Shown here one piece after another: positions 25,647 through 34,854 of a DNA stretch of 64,000 bases (its first letter is position 1; the number at the start of each line of letters is the position of its first letter). The translations under genes were made by a program, and so were the position numbers. Origin of the DNA: a virus; the IMG/VR virus record IMGVR_UViG_3300031566_000009, positions 18,076-82,075 of that record. One strand, given 5' to 3'. The notes under the pieces are model-generated. The model worked only from the letters and a program-made list of their open reading frames with translations, was not told the DNA's origin and searched no databases.

Positions 25647-25675
25647 TTGACAAAAGCACGTCTTTATGTTACAAT
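25647..25675 (+). promoter_or_regulatory. cassette promoter P3
   Basis: TTGACA-17-TACAAT. Confidence 0.8.
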
Positions 25676-25706
25676 GGATTCACTCATAAGAAGGAGAAAA
25701 TAAATA

Positions 25707-25931
25707 ATGGAGTACGAATATGTGGCGTTGACGTGGAGAGCACTCGACGCAGAGGCGGATAGGTTCTTTCAGGATGACAAATGTGGCTATATTGGTGCAG
25801 GATGGAAGGAATATATTCGTGCGCCATTCCCACCCCCACATTTTGGTGGGGCCTGCATCCTACGAAGAGCCAAGGAGGAACTGCGCATGTGGACAAAATC
25901 TGAATTGCAAGAGTTAATTAGAGAAACTTAA
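25707..25931 (+). CDS. hypothetical protein
   Basis: AAGGAG RBS; single-gene cassette. Confidence 0.55.
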   Translation: MEYEYVALTWRALDAEADRFFQDDKCGYIGAGWKEYIRAPFPPPHFGGACILRRAKEELRMWTKSELQELIRET

Positions 25932-25959
25932 CATTTCATTACACGTCCAAAACAGCAAT

Positions 25960-25988
25960 TTGACAAAAGCACGTCTTTATGCTATACT
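25960..25988 (+). promoter_or_regulatory. cassette promoter P4
   Basis: TTGACA-17-TATACT. Confidence 0.8.
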
Positions 25989-26016
25989 CTCCAACGAAGA
26001 CAAAAAGGAGGAGAAC

Positions 26017-26313
26017 ATGATGGGGGGAGTCTTATGTTGGTTAGGATTGCATAAATGGCTGTGGGGCAAAGTCTTACCTGCTCGATTTTGCCGTCGATGC
26101 GGATTACTGCAAAGTTGGCGTATTCCTGGAATGGGATCTTGGACTACTATTGGTCAATTGACAACTAAACTACGAGCATTTGATGAGGGAACGAGGGATG
26201 CGCTTGATGATTTATATCTTACTTGGAAACAGACTGGATGTTTTCCCAGTCGTTTTGATTTTTTGTTGTCCTTCAGATCGAGTGATGGAATTGACCTTCA
26301 GATCAAGGGCTAG
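26017..26313 (+). CDS. zinc-binding phage protein
   Basis: LCWLGLHKW ... RFCRRCG; AGGAGG RBS. Confidence 0.55.
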   Translation: MMGGVLCWLGLHKWLWGKVLPARFCRRCGLLQSWRIPGMGSWTTIGQLTTKLRAFDEGTRDALDDLYLTWKQTGCFPSRFDFLLSFRSSDGIDLQIKG

Positions 26314-26316
26314 AAT

Positions 26317-26345
26317 TTGACAAAAGCACGCCCTTGTGGTATAAT
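26317..26345 (+). promoter_or_regulatory. cassette promoter P5
   Basis: TTGACA-17-TATAAT with TG extension. Confidence 0.85.
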
Positions 26346-26356
26346 CTAAAAGGAGG

Positions 26357-26617
26357 TTGATAATGAGATTAAAGACTCGGTGGCAACGATGGGAATCTAA
26401 ACATGAGGTAGAGTTGGGTACTATTGTTTTGATATCGCTTCTTCTACTTGGCATCTTTGGGTTTTACAGCCTCGGACGCGGTGAATTTGAAGACGACCTT
26501 CTTAAGGATGGCTACAATATTTCAAGAGATCTATCGAAGCTCGCCGGCGATGGCCGCTACACTATTCAGATATGGCAGGATGGTCAATGGAGTGATGTAT
26601 CCAGGTGTGGTGAATAA
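26357..26617 (+). CDS. single-TM membrane protein
   Basis: hydrophobic helix; paralog of pseudogene 14984-15201. Confidence 0.6.
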   Translation: MIMRLKTRWQRWESKHEVELGTIVLISLLLLGIFGFYSLGRGEFEDDLLKDGYNISRDLSKLAGDGRYTIQIWQDGQWSDVSRCGE

Positions 26618-26635
26618 ACAACAAAAGGAGGAACA

Positions 26636-26857
26636 ATGACTAAATGGAAAGACCTAGAGGCCACGGAAGCGGAAGCACTGGCACTGTGGAATGATGTGAT
26701 CGAAGCACTATTGAATAAGATTCAGCATCATCGGGAGCAGGTATTGATTTCCTGCAGTCAAACTAATGTGACTCCTTATACATGGCACGTCGAAGCGATG
26801 CACCGTGCAGTTGAGACACTCGCCGTATTCGTAACTCCATATAGGAAAAATGACTGA
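26636..26857 (+). CDS. hypothetical protein
   Basis: AGGAGG RBS. Confidence 0.55.
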   Translation: MTKWKDLEATEAEALALWNDVIEALLNKIQHHREQVLISCSQTNVTPYTWHVEAMHRAVETLAVFVTPYRKND

Positions 26858-26887
26858 AAATAATCGGCAAACAAAAAGGAGGATTCG

Positions 26888-27109
26888 ATGATGGTGCAGG
26901 AAATCGAGAGTACCGACCTTGGTAAGATTATAGAGAAAGTGAAGAGCGTGGCAGCCCTTAATTTACCGTTTGAACTCACGGCGGAAGTGCAAACCACAAC
27001 GCTTGGTGAGAACCAATATCGCCATCTTCTTTACACCCTGTGTGTAAAGGATGCTCCACGAGGAGCGGTAATTGTCACTATAGGTGATAGCTGGCTCGTC
27101 AAGGAATAA
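26888..27109 (+). CDS. hypothetical protein
   Basis: AGGAGG RBS. Confidence 0.55.
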   Translation: MMVQEIESTDLGKIIEKVKSVAALNLPFELTAEVQTTTLGENQYRHLLYTLCVKDAPRGAVIVTIGDSWLVKE

Positions 27110-27193
27110 CCCAGGCTCGAATCTGGCCCAAGGATAGCAGGCTGGGTATGGCCTCACGAACACGAGACTAAGTGAGGCCGTGGAAGGACATAA

Positions 27194-27442
27194 ATGAACG
27201 AAGAAAGACAGAGCCAAGTGCATCGATTAGATTTCTCTGAAAGAGGAACGCCAGAAGAACGAGCTGCTCACAGTATTGAAGTTTATGAATCTATGAGTAA
27301 TGCTCGCAAGCGAGCCAATTATTTGCTCCAAATTGCGCAATGGGCTGAAGCATACAATAAAGAACCAACTCCTATGACGCCAGAAGAATTTAAGACTATA
27401 CTTGATTCCATATTCCCTGAGGAGGAGATTAATGATAGGTAA
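27194..27442 (+). CDS. hypothetical protein
   Basis: 82 aa, AAGGA RBS. Confidence 0.5.
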   Translation: MNEERQSQVHRLDFSERGTPEERAAHSIEVYESMSNARKRANYLLQIAQWAEAYNKEPTPMTPEEFKTILDSIFPEEEINDR

Positions 27443-27626
27443 AGCGTGGACTAAACCGAGAAGGATGTGCAATCATCCTGAATGGAATTGGAATGAACCC
27501 AAGCCAGAGCCAGCAGAGATGATCTATTTGTGTGACTGCGGTGAGAACTATAGTTGTCCAATTTGCGGCTGGGGATGGGCTGTATGGTCGTGTTCATGTA
27601 TGCAGGAAAGATTAAAAGCCAAATGA
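27432..27626 (+). CDS. Cys-rich small protein
   Basis: CDCG..CPICG; GGAGGAG RBS. Confidence 0.5.
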   Translation: MIGKAWTKPRRMCNHPEWNWNEPKPEPAEMIYLCDCGENYSCPICGWGWAVWSCSCMQERLKAK

Positions 27627-27931
27627 ATCACCTACTCATAACCTTTTCAGATGGCAAGAAATATACAATTCCTGTGCTTGCCTTGGCAGAGGACATCGCT
27701 AAGTTCTTTGCTAATCCCAAATACTTTCCTAGCGAAAGAACCTATGATGAGGTTTTCGACGCCGAATTGAATTACTACCTACATAATCCAGAAGATTTGA
27801 TCGCCTGGGCCAGCGATATGCCTTGGGCAAAGGTGCGACCAATGCTCGATATTCACGAAACCTCCAGAGTTGTATTAGCTGGTTATCGCAAGGAATGGGG
27901 GATGGCAAGAAAGGAGATTATAGACTTATGA
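27623..27931 (+). CDS. phage hypothetical protein
   Basis: ATGA overlap; DG..Y.IPV ... DL..WA.DM.W motif. Confidence 0.55.
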   Translation: MNHLLITFSDGKKYTIPVLALAEDIAKFFANPKYFPSERTYDEVFDAELNYYLHNPEDLIAWASDMPWAKVRPMLDIHETSRVVLAGYRKEWGMARKEIIDL

Positions 27932-28113
27932 CTGAAAAAGAAATCCTAGAATTAAAAGAAGAAATCATACGCCTACGACTCATTATAAAGAATAGCATCG
28001 AAGATTACAGGGATGATTACCCAGATATAGCTAAGGACATACTTATACGAGGGGTTCAAGAAACGCCTATTCATTTAATCCCGATTGGCGAGCCAGATAA
28101 TTTCTTTAAGTAG
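27928..28113 (+). CDS. hypothetical protein
   Basis: AAGGAG RBS, ATGA overlap. Confidence 0.45.
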   Translation: MTEKEILELKEEIIRLRLIIKNSIEDYRDDYPDIAKDILIRGVQETPIHLIPIGEPDNFFK

Positions 28114-28124
28114 AAGAGGAAACT

Positions 28125-28298
28125 ATGAGCCGAAAATCAATTACCCTGCGTGTGAACTCAGAGACTCCTGAAAAATTAGAGAGACTAGCAGAAAGATTGC
28201 ACCTGCTTTCACAGAGGAGCCAAAAAGTAGGCAAGCCGAGCATTTCAAGGCTCTTAGATTTTTTGGCTGACAACTCAGAAAAGATAAATGTAGAATGA
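28125..28298 (+). CDS. small RHH/HTH-like DNA-binding protein (57 aa, not in ORF track)
   Basis: MSRKSITLRVNSETPEKLERLAERL ... KPSISRLLDFLA; GAGG RBS. Confidence 0.55.
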   Translation: MSRKSITLRVNSETPEKLERLAERLHLLSQRSQKVGKPSISRLLDFLADNSEKINVE

Positions 28299-28350
28299 AA
28301 AAGGTTTATATCGCGGGGCCATACACCAGGGGCGATGCGAGGAGAACAAG

Positions 28351-28464
28351 ATGATGACGCAAGATTTCATACAGACATTAGAAATTCTAGTAAGGTTCGG
28401 CATCGTGGTAGATATGATTCTGCTGGCATTGATGGTTCTGCTGGTGGTTCAAAACCGCGACTAA
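28351..28464 (+). CDS. 37-aa hydrophobic membrane peptide (not in ORF track)
   Basis: MMTQDFIQTLEILVRFGIVVDMILLALMVLLVVQNRD; GAGGAG RBS. Confidence 0.5.
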   Translation: MMTQDFIQTLEILVRFGIVVDMILLALMVLLVVQNRD

Positions 28465-28470
28465 AACTAC

Positions 28471-28499
28471 TTGACAATTTCCACGCTCCATTGTATAAC
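28471..28499 (+). promoter_or_regulatory. sigma70 promoter for a small RNA
   Basis: TTGACA-17-TATAAC. Confidence 0.7.
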
Positions 28500-28502
28500 T
28501 TC

Positions 28503-28548
28503 CCCTGTCCTCCTCGCTTGAGACCACCATTCGGTGGTTTCTTTGTTT
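28503..28548 (+). ncRNA. candidate ~45-nt sRNA with anti-Shine-Dalgarno seed and terminator
   Basis: CTGTCCTCCTCGC seed then ACCACC-ATTC-GGTGGT hairpin and T-rich tail; 5' end approximate. Confidence 0.55.
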
Positions 28549-28575
28549 GCATTTTATAAAGCTTTGTAGTATAAT
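28547..28575 (+). promoter_or_regulatory. late/packaging operon promoter
   Basis: TTGCAT-17-TATAAT, 9 nt before ATG 28585 (near-leaderless). Confidence 0.7.
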
Positions 28576-28584
28576 AACTACACT

Positions 28585-29055
28585 ATGCGATGGACATATA
28601 GACAGCGCAGATACCAAGAACTGCTCACCGTGCCAGAGTCAGAAAGACCAGAAGACTGCGATACTGACTCTGGAATAGCCAAGACTCTGGGAGTAGCCCT
28701 CAGCACACTCAAAGGTTGGAAGTTAGAGCCTGGTTGGTGGGAATCCGTCTCCGATATTGCAAGTGCTTACATCGGTGAGCGTCTCGCCGAGATATATGAG
28801 GCAATGGTCAAGCAAGCGTTGACTGGCTCCGTACAAGCTGCCAAGTTTTGCTTAGACGTGCTCGGCTTGACAAATCGAGAACTCACTCTCAATGTCAAAC
28901 ACTACGAAGATGATCGTCTCGTCGTCTTCCTCCCTGCTGAAAAGGGGCCTCCAATTATTCGCCCTCTGTTGGAGGCCCCCGCTCTTGAGGATACCATAGA
29001 GGGAAAAGTCCTGGAATCTAAACCTGTGGATGACGAATTGGTGATCGTATTATAA
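28585..29055 (+). CDS. terS: terminase small subunit-like HTH protein
   Basis: IAKTLGVALSTLKGWK HTH; A..GSVQAAK motif; immediately upstream of TerL. Confidence 0.7.
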   Translation: MRWTYRQRRYQELLTVPESERPEDCDTDSGIAKTLGVALSTLKGWKLEPGWWESVSDIASAYIGERLAEIYEAMVKQALTGSVQAAKFCLDVLGLTNRELTLNVKHYEDDRLVVFLPAEKGPPIIRPLLEAPALEDTIEGKVLESKPVDDELVIVL

Positions 29056-30377
29056 TGCCCGTCGAATTCGTAGCCAGCGAAACACAAGCGGAATTCTTAC
29101 GCAGTAAAGCCAGACTCATCTTATTCGGAGCTGGACTTGGTGCAGGGAAAACAGCTATTGGGGCTGTAAAGGCTATCGAAAAGGTCGGTCAGGGAGAGAG
29201 TGGCATTATCGTTGCGCCCAACTTTCCACACTTCGTTCGTTCAACATGGCCAGAGTTTTCTAAGTGGTTGCCGTGGAGCAGGGTAAAGAATGCTCACCTA
29301 GAACACCCATATACCCAGAGAAAAGAGTTACTCCTTGACATAAATGGAAAAGAGGTTAGAATACTCTATGGCGGTATAGACGAGCCAAAGTCCTGGCGTG
29401 GCCCCACCGTGAATTTTTTCTGGTTCGACGAAGGTGCGATGCGTAATAGCAGGGATGCTTTCGATGTCCTTTGTGGTAGAATTCGTACTGGTTTTCGGCC
29501 ACAGGGATGGGTGACTACCACTCCGTCTGGAGTAAATCACTGGCTGTACGATGTTTTCGTCAAACAAGATTTCGATAAGAAGTTTCTGGAGGAATTCAAG
29601 AAGCAAGCAGACATCTACGGTGGAAAATTGGTGGAACGCTTTCATTGTGATACTTCAGAGAATATCCACAACGATGCTCTTTATTATGCCAGCTTGTTGA
29701 CTACTTATCAAGGAAAATTTAGAGAACAAGAAGTTGGCGGTATGTTCGTCAGCCTTGAGGGTCTAGTATGGGAAGATTTCTCTGAGGAACTCAATGTCAC
29801 TGAGGAAGCTGACTATGTTTCGGGGGTTCCAGTAGAGTGGTGGGTGGATGATGGCTACACTAGGGCACACCCCCGCGTAATCTTACTTGCACAAGAAATT
29901 CCACCTTTTGTGAATGTCTTCGATGAACTTATAGAAATTTATGTAAAGGCTGAGGTTTCAATAGCTAATGTCCTGGACAAAGGTTGGCCGAAGGCGAAAG
30001 TCGCTTATATTGACTCATCTGCGGCGGAGCTTCGGGGCCGTTTGGAGGAACAAGATGTAGATACCGTAGGGGCGACTCATCCTATCGAGGAAGGCATCAA
30101 ACATGTCGCTCCTTTCATTCTGAGTGGCGAGGGAGTGCGACATTTGCGATTTCATCCACGATGCACTTATGCGCCCACGAGTATGGCTTCATATAATAGA
30201 GACATCAATACGAACAAGCCACAGCAGTTGGGAGATGATGTGCCAGATACGGTTCGTTATGGACTTTGGGGAAGGGACTTGCTCGATCTTCTCGAAGAGG
30301 CAAAATATCAAAAGAAGTTAGAGGAACGAAAAGCACAGGCTGTTGAGGCGCAACCATATATGAGCCAATTCTTCTAA
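29055..30377 (+). CDS. terL: terminase large subunit
   Basis: Walker A GAGLGAGKT, Walker B FFWFDE, motif III TTTP, C-terminal nuclease DD..D. Confidence 0.9.
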   Translation: MPVEFVASETQAEFLRSKARLILFGAGLGAGKTAIGAVKAIEKVGQGESGIIVAPNFPHFVRSTWPEFSKWLPWSRVKNAHLEHPYTQRKELLLDINGKEVRILYGGIDEPKSWRGPTVNFFWFDEGAMRNSRDAFDVLCGRIRTGFRPQGWVTTTPSGVNHWLYDVFVKQDFDKKFLEEFKKQADIYGGKLVERFHCDTSENIHNDALYYASLLTTYQGKFREQEVGGMFVSLEGLVWEDFSEELNVTEEADYVSGVPVEWWVDDGYTRAHPRVILLAQEIPPFVNVFDELIEIYVKAEVSIANVLDKGWPKAKVAYIDSSAAELRGRLEEQDVDTVGATHPIEEGIKHVAPFILSGEGVRHLRFHPRCTYAPTSMASYNRDINTNKPQQLGDDVPDTVRYGLWGRDLLDLLEEAKYQKKLEERKAQAVEAQPYMSQFF

Positions 30378-30387
30378 GGAGAAAGTT

Positions 30388-30792
30388 ATGACCAGAACTA
30401 GACAAGTAGAAGGTGGTCCAGCGACTGCAGTTGATATTGTAGGTTATGATGTTCCGCCTGCTGGTGCAGCAGGTGATGTTTCTACGCCTGCGGCGAATAC
30501 CATAGCAGAGATAGCATATCCAAGGCCAGGAATATATTCTTATCACGCTATCAGTGGCGTGGCTTGGTCTTATGATGGGCAAATTGCTGGTGGAAATCTC
30601 CAAATAGTCGATGAATATTTGGGGGTTACTTTTGATATAGACATCATCAATTCTGGACTTGGATTAATTACTTTCCCTGTGCCTAAGAGGAGTTCATTGA
30701 ATGCGACGATGACCATCCTCTTGGCAGCGGGAGGTGCTGGAGTAAACGGTAAATTGAACGTTCTTACCCATTGGATAGAGAGTATAAAATAA
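30388..30792 (+). CDS. beta-rich hypothetical (possibly virion) protein
   Basis: 134 aa, Gly/Ala-rich, AAGGAG RBS. Confidence 0.5.
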   Translation: MTRTRQVEGGPATAVDIVGYDVPPAGAAGDVSTPAANTIAEIAYPRPGIYSYHAISGVAWSYDGQIAGGNLQIVDEYLGVTFDIDIINSGLGLITFPVPKRSSLNATMTILLAAGGAGVNGKLNVLTHWIESIK

Positions 30793-30793
30793 T

Positions 30794-31645
30794 ATGCGAA
30801 AAGCTACCCTCGTACTGAGTGACCTGCACTTTGGCGACGCGGGGCAATTTTATCGGTCTTTGATGGAATGTATGGACAGGGCTATAATAGAAATCAATAA
30901 CTTCAAACCAGACGTAACTCAAATAGCACTCAATGGCGATGCAGCAGCGGGAAGGGGGATCTTTCGATTACAAGAGGCACAGAACATCGTTCAGTTGGGT
31001 CCAGAGCAGATTTATTGGGCAGGCTGGGAAATCAGACAGTGGGATAGACGACTTGACAATAAAGCAGAATGGTATATAATACTTGGTAATCACGATCACT
31101 CTAACAGGGAAAACTTGGCTAGGCAGTTAGTTTTATTCTTACGCTTATTAGGTATCAATGCTAGATATGTAGATAGAGAATTCATTGGATATTTTGGAGA
31201 TAAAGAATCCGCTTTTCATATAGCGCACGGCTTTGGATATAGTAGTTATTATGCTAATTCGTATTCTGAAATCAGGGCTGCCTGGAAAAAGTTTATTGAA
31301 ATAGCACAGATTGATGGAATTCACATAGATCGTTTCATCAGAGCGCACGTACACAAACTTAATGTTGGTCAAGAGATTGGCCTCAATTGCCAAATTGATA
31401 CGTCGGGAGGCTGGCACAAACAAGAACGCCTTTCCCTGGAATTCTCCGTGCAGACCACGGGAGTCCTACTATATCTACATAATGCAGGTGCGCAACCACC
31501 ACTGACTATCAAAGCAATTGAGGCCAATCAAGACTTGCTTTTATCGGAGAATAAAAATATTGCGTTGCACTATCGAAATATGGAAGCCGCTGGAAGAGCG
31601 TTAAGCGACGTTGCGGCTTGGGGAAGAGTCGAAGGCATTTGGTAA
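30794..31645 (+). CDS. calcineurin-like metallophosphoesterase
   Basis: SDLH, NGD, GNHD, HG, HVH motifs. Confidence 0.8.
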   Translation: MRKATLVLSDLHFGDAGQFYRSLMECMDRAIIEINNFKPDVTQIALNGDAAAGRGIFRLQEAQNIVQLGPEQIYWAGWEIRQWDRRLDNKAEWYIILGNHDHSNRENLARQLVLFLRLLGINARYVDREFIGYFGDKESAFHIAHGFGYSSYYANSYSEIRAAWKKFIEIAQIDGIHIDRFIRAHVHKLNVGQEIGLNCQIDTSGGWHKQERLSLEFSVQTTGVLLYLHNAGAQPPLTIKAIEANQDLLLSENKNIALHYRNMEAAGRALSDVAAWGRVEGIW

Positions 31646-31646
31646 A

Positions 31647-31826
31647 ATGGGGAAGGATAGAGAATTGGAAATCGGGCGAAATGACATGGATTTGCTCGAA
31701 CCAAGACGACTGAGATTTACGGATAAACGAATAATTAACCAGAGAACTAGAAGGAAGTGGAGAGAAGCACTAAGGAACTCACATCGCGTTAGATATATGG
31801 AAAACTGGTGGACAGATTATGACTGA
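31647..31826 (+). CDS. small basic hypothetical protein
   Basis: fills gap, coupled to portal start. Confidence 0.35.
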   Translation: MGKDRELEIGRNDMDLLEPRRLRFTDKRIINQRTRRKWREALRNSHRVRYMENWWTDYD

Positions 31827-34293
31827 TAATCCAAAGGAACAGGCTATCCTATCGATTCAGGATAGGGCGGATTTAAAGATAGAAGAGGAGTCTCCACTTA
31901 TTTTTTATCTCGCCCAACTTGCCGACGAGATTCCTATAAAACGTGGACTTTCTCGTGATAAGGCGTTGGACAAATTTTGGCCCACCGAATCTGTGCTTGC
32001 GGGCGCAATTTATTCTATGTGCGCCAAAGTCGCCGCACTCGATTTTAGGCTCAAGGGTCGCACCAAAGCCGTTGCTAGATATGCCAACGTCTTCCAAGCC
32101 GCTGACTTTGGCGCAGGTTGGGTAAATTTTATTCAACGGGTCGTTCAAGACATTTTGTGCCTAGCAGCCACGACGAGAGTTCAATTAGGTGGGGATCGCC
32201 GAGGCCAGACGAAGGAGATTCGTGACATCGTTAAGGACCGAGATCCTGGCCCCGTGTTGTCTGTAGATATTGATGGCAACCTCATAGAGCGTCATGTTGT
32301 GGAGTGGCACAAGACTCCCTTGGGGCCTCGTAGGTGGTGGTGGATCTCCTTAAAAGAAGCGTCTGGGCACAGTCGGGAAAAAGCTGGTGGGATATTCATG
32401 ACGGAGGACCACCCCGTACTTACTAGCGATGGTTGGAAGCTGGCAAGAGACATTGAGTTGGGAGATCGAGTAGCCACAGGCGATCCCGTCCCTAACCAGA
32501 AGCAGGCTGAACTACTAGCTGGCAGTCTACTGGGGGATCTTTGCATTCAGCCTATTAGGAAGCGAGCTACGCTGCGTCTTTGCCACAGTGTTGCGCAAGA
32601 GGCGTGGTTGGACTTGAAACTGAGTGCCTTAGCTGGATTTGGATGGACGGGACGGGCTACTTATACCAGTTCCTATCAAGGGTACTCTAGTGAGAGTGTC
32701 CAGGTAGCATCTCTGGGATCGCTGGAACTGGAAAGATGGCGACAGCTTTGGTATCCACAGGGGAAGAAGGTAGTACCTCGTGCTCTCGTTGAGAGCCTCT
32801 TTTCTCCAAGGCTTCTAGCCGCATGGTATTGCGACGACGGGAGCCTCTGTGGACCTAGACACAGAACTACTGGTGAAAGCATCGCGCCTCACGCTGTGCT
32901 GTATACCTGCGGTTTCTTGGAGGATGATGTTCGGTGGCTTGTGGATTTACTGAACTGTAAGGGATATTCCTGCCGACTGCGTTTTCAGCCTTATAGAGGT
33001 TCAGACGACGAAAGGGATGACTATCCTATAATTTACATTACACCAAAGGGGTTGCAGCGCCTCGTGGCCGATATAGGCTCCTACGTACCTCCAGAGCTAC
33101 GGTACAAGCTCCCCAAGGGCGCTCCAGAATACGACGCCAGCCTGTGGGAGCTTGGAAGAGCTACGGTATATTATGACACCGTTGTAGCCTCTATGGAAAG
33201 GGACTACAAGGCTGGTTACAAAAAGGCTAAGACGACTTTTCATATTGGCGTAGAGGAGACAGGAAATTTCGTAGCGGCCAACGTGGTTGTACACAATACT
33301 CAGGACAATGGAGCTTTCGTTGAACTTCTCCGTCCAAAAGGCGCATCTCCACAATCACCTGTGCGTGGGATAGCTCATTTAGATTCACAGAGAATTCAAC
33401 GAACGGGAAATCCCGAAATACCTTACTTATATTATTCAAATAAAGATAGTGCTTGGCATCGTCTTCGATGGTATCAAGTCCTTGCCCTTACCGACCAACC
33501 CAGTCCGAGAGAGGAAGACAAGGGACGTGGTTATTGCGCCGTAAGTCGTGTCTTGGAGTTTGCAAAACTACTCAGGGCTGTGCAGACCTATCAGTCGCAG
33601 AAATTGAGTGGACAGAGAATACCTGCACTTCTCTTCGTTCAAGGAATGCGCAGTAACGCCATTGCCGATGCCATCGAGAAGGCTAGAGAAGAGACGAGAG
33701 CTTCAGGAAGAAGTCTTTACATAACTCCTATTGTCATTTCTTCCCACGACTCACAAAGGCCCTTGCGGGTACAATTAGTCGAATTAGCAGGTCTTCCAGA
33801 TGGCTTCAAATATGACGAATTGATGAAGTGGTACATCGGCGTTCTAGCCCTTGGAATGGGCACTGACTATATTGAATTCTTTCCTATGCCTGGAGGCAAC
33901 CTTGGATCTGCCCAGCAAACTACAGAGATGTCTTCGCGGTCTCGTGGAAAAGGACCAGGACTTATCCTTCAGCAATTTGAATTTGGCTTTAATTGGTATG
34001 TTCTTCCCTCCACTGTGGAGTTTCAGTTCGCCAGCACAGATCCTACGGCAGAGCGTGAACGAGTGGAACTCGGCGTCTGGCGTGCTCGAAGACGCGGTGA
34101 AATGGTAAAGTCTGGTGAAATTACTGGAGAGCAAGCATTGCGTATCGCCATCCAAGAAGGGGATGCACCAGAAGATTTCATATCAGGCGGTGAAGAAGCT
34201 GCTGAAGACCGTGTGGATATGCTCGTAAAGAGTTTGCAAGATATAAAAAACGCGTATAATAAAGTGGAAAGAATATTAGGCCGTTTAAGATGA
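31819..34293 (+). CDS. portal protein interrupted by an intein
   Basis: position between TerL and head genes; extein ~444 aa with DNGAFVEL..HLDS..G.PE.P motifs. Confidence 0.8.
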   Translation: MTDNPKEQAILSIQDRADLKIEEESPLIFYLAQLADEIPIKRGLSRDKALDKFWPTESVLAGAIYSMCAKVAALDFRLKGRTKAVARYANVFQAADFGAGWVNFIQRVVQDILCLAATTRVQLGGDRRGQTKEIRDIVKDRDPGPVLSVDIDGNLIERHVVEWHKTPLGPRRWWWISLKEASGHSREKAGGIFMTEDHPVLTSDGWKLARDIELGDRVATGDPVPNQKQAELLAGSLLGDLCIQPIRKRATLRLCHSVAQEAWLDLKLSALAGFGWTGRATYTSSYQGYSSESVQVASLGSLELERWRQLWYPQGKKVVPRALVESLFSPRLLAAWYCDDGSLCGPRHRTTGESIAPHAVLYTCGFLEDDVRWLVDLLNCKGYSCRLRFQPYRGSDDERDDYPIIYITPKGLQRLVADIGSYVPPELRYKLPKGAPEYDASLWELGRATVYYDTVVASMERDYKAGYKKAKTTFHIGVEETGNFVAANVVVHNTQDNGAFVELLRPKGASPQSPVRGIAHLDSQRIQRTGNPEIPYLYYSNKDSAWHRLRWYQVLALTDQPSPREEDKGRGYCAVSRVLEFAKLLRAVQTYQSQKLSGQRIPALLFVQGMRSNAIADAIEKAREETRASGRSLYITPIVISSHDSQRPLRVQLVELAGLPDGFKYDELMKWYIGVLALGMGTDYIEFFPMPGGNLGSAQQTTEMSSRSRGKGPGLILQQFEFGFNWYVLPSTVEFQFASTDPTAERERVELGVWRARRRGEMVKSGEITGEQALRIAIQEGDAPEDFISGGEEAAEDRVDMLVKSLQDIKNAYNKVERILGRLR
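32158..33297 (+). mobile_element. intein with LAGLIDADG homing endonuclease (380 aa)
   Basis: starts CLAATT; block B TEDHPV; LAGSLLGD and LAAWYCDDG; ends NFVAANVVVHN followed by Thr. Confidence 0.9.
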
Positions 34294-34844
34294 TTAGTTT
34301 CAAGGCTATCGTTCCTAAGCAATTTGATACTACTAAATTAGCTGCTTCGCTAAAAAAGACTCTTAAGGATTTGGCGAAGCGAGCATTAGATGATTTCAAG
34401 TTAACTACTGAGAACTGGGTTGAACCAGTTGACTTCAAGATAGATGGCCCAAAGAAGCGTGGAGATGATTGGGTTATATCTGTAGGGACGGATAATGTGA
34501 TTTGGCACTGGGTAGATGCAGGAACTAAAGAGCATACCTATGGTGCTCGATCATCTAAAGATGGCTTGTTACACTTTCAACCTACCAAGCAGGCTAGAAC
34601 CAGTCCTGGAAGTTTAGTCTCTGGTCCAATAATGAGAGAACCATATTGGGTTGTGGCGCGTGAGGTAACTCATCCAGGGATTACAGCCAGAAACTTTAGT
34701 GGAACCATTCAAGCAAATCTTGAAAAAGTTGCGCCACAGATGTTCACAGTGGCTTTGAATAAATTCACAAAACAACTTGAAATTGCTGGTCGTCCAGCAA
34801 AACCACCAGAGTCAGCTTGTTTCAGACCAGGCCACGGGTGTTAG
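34290..34844 (+). CDS. virion morphogenesis protein (HK97 gp10-like)
   Basis: VD.GT..H ... V.HPG..ARNF pattern. Confidence 0.5.
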   Translation: MISFKAIVPKQFDTTKLAASLKKTLKDLAKRALDDFKLTTENWVEPVDFKIDGPKKRGDDWVISVGTDNVIWHWVDAGTKEHTYGARSSKDGLLHFQPTKQARTSPGSLVSGPIMREPYWVVAREVTHPGITARNFSGTIQANLEKVAPQMFTVALNKFTKQLEIAGRPAKPPESACFRPGHGC

Positions 34845-34854
34845 GAGGTTTATC

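Noticed and set aside
27110-27185. Intergenic hairpin GGCCTCAC…GTGAGGCC
   Set aside because: Single hairpin without U-tail or family match; insufficient support.
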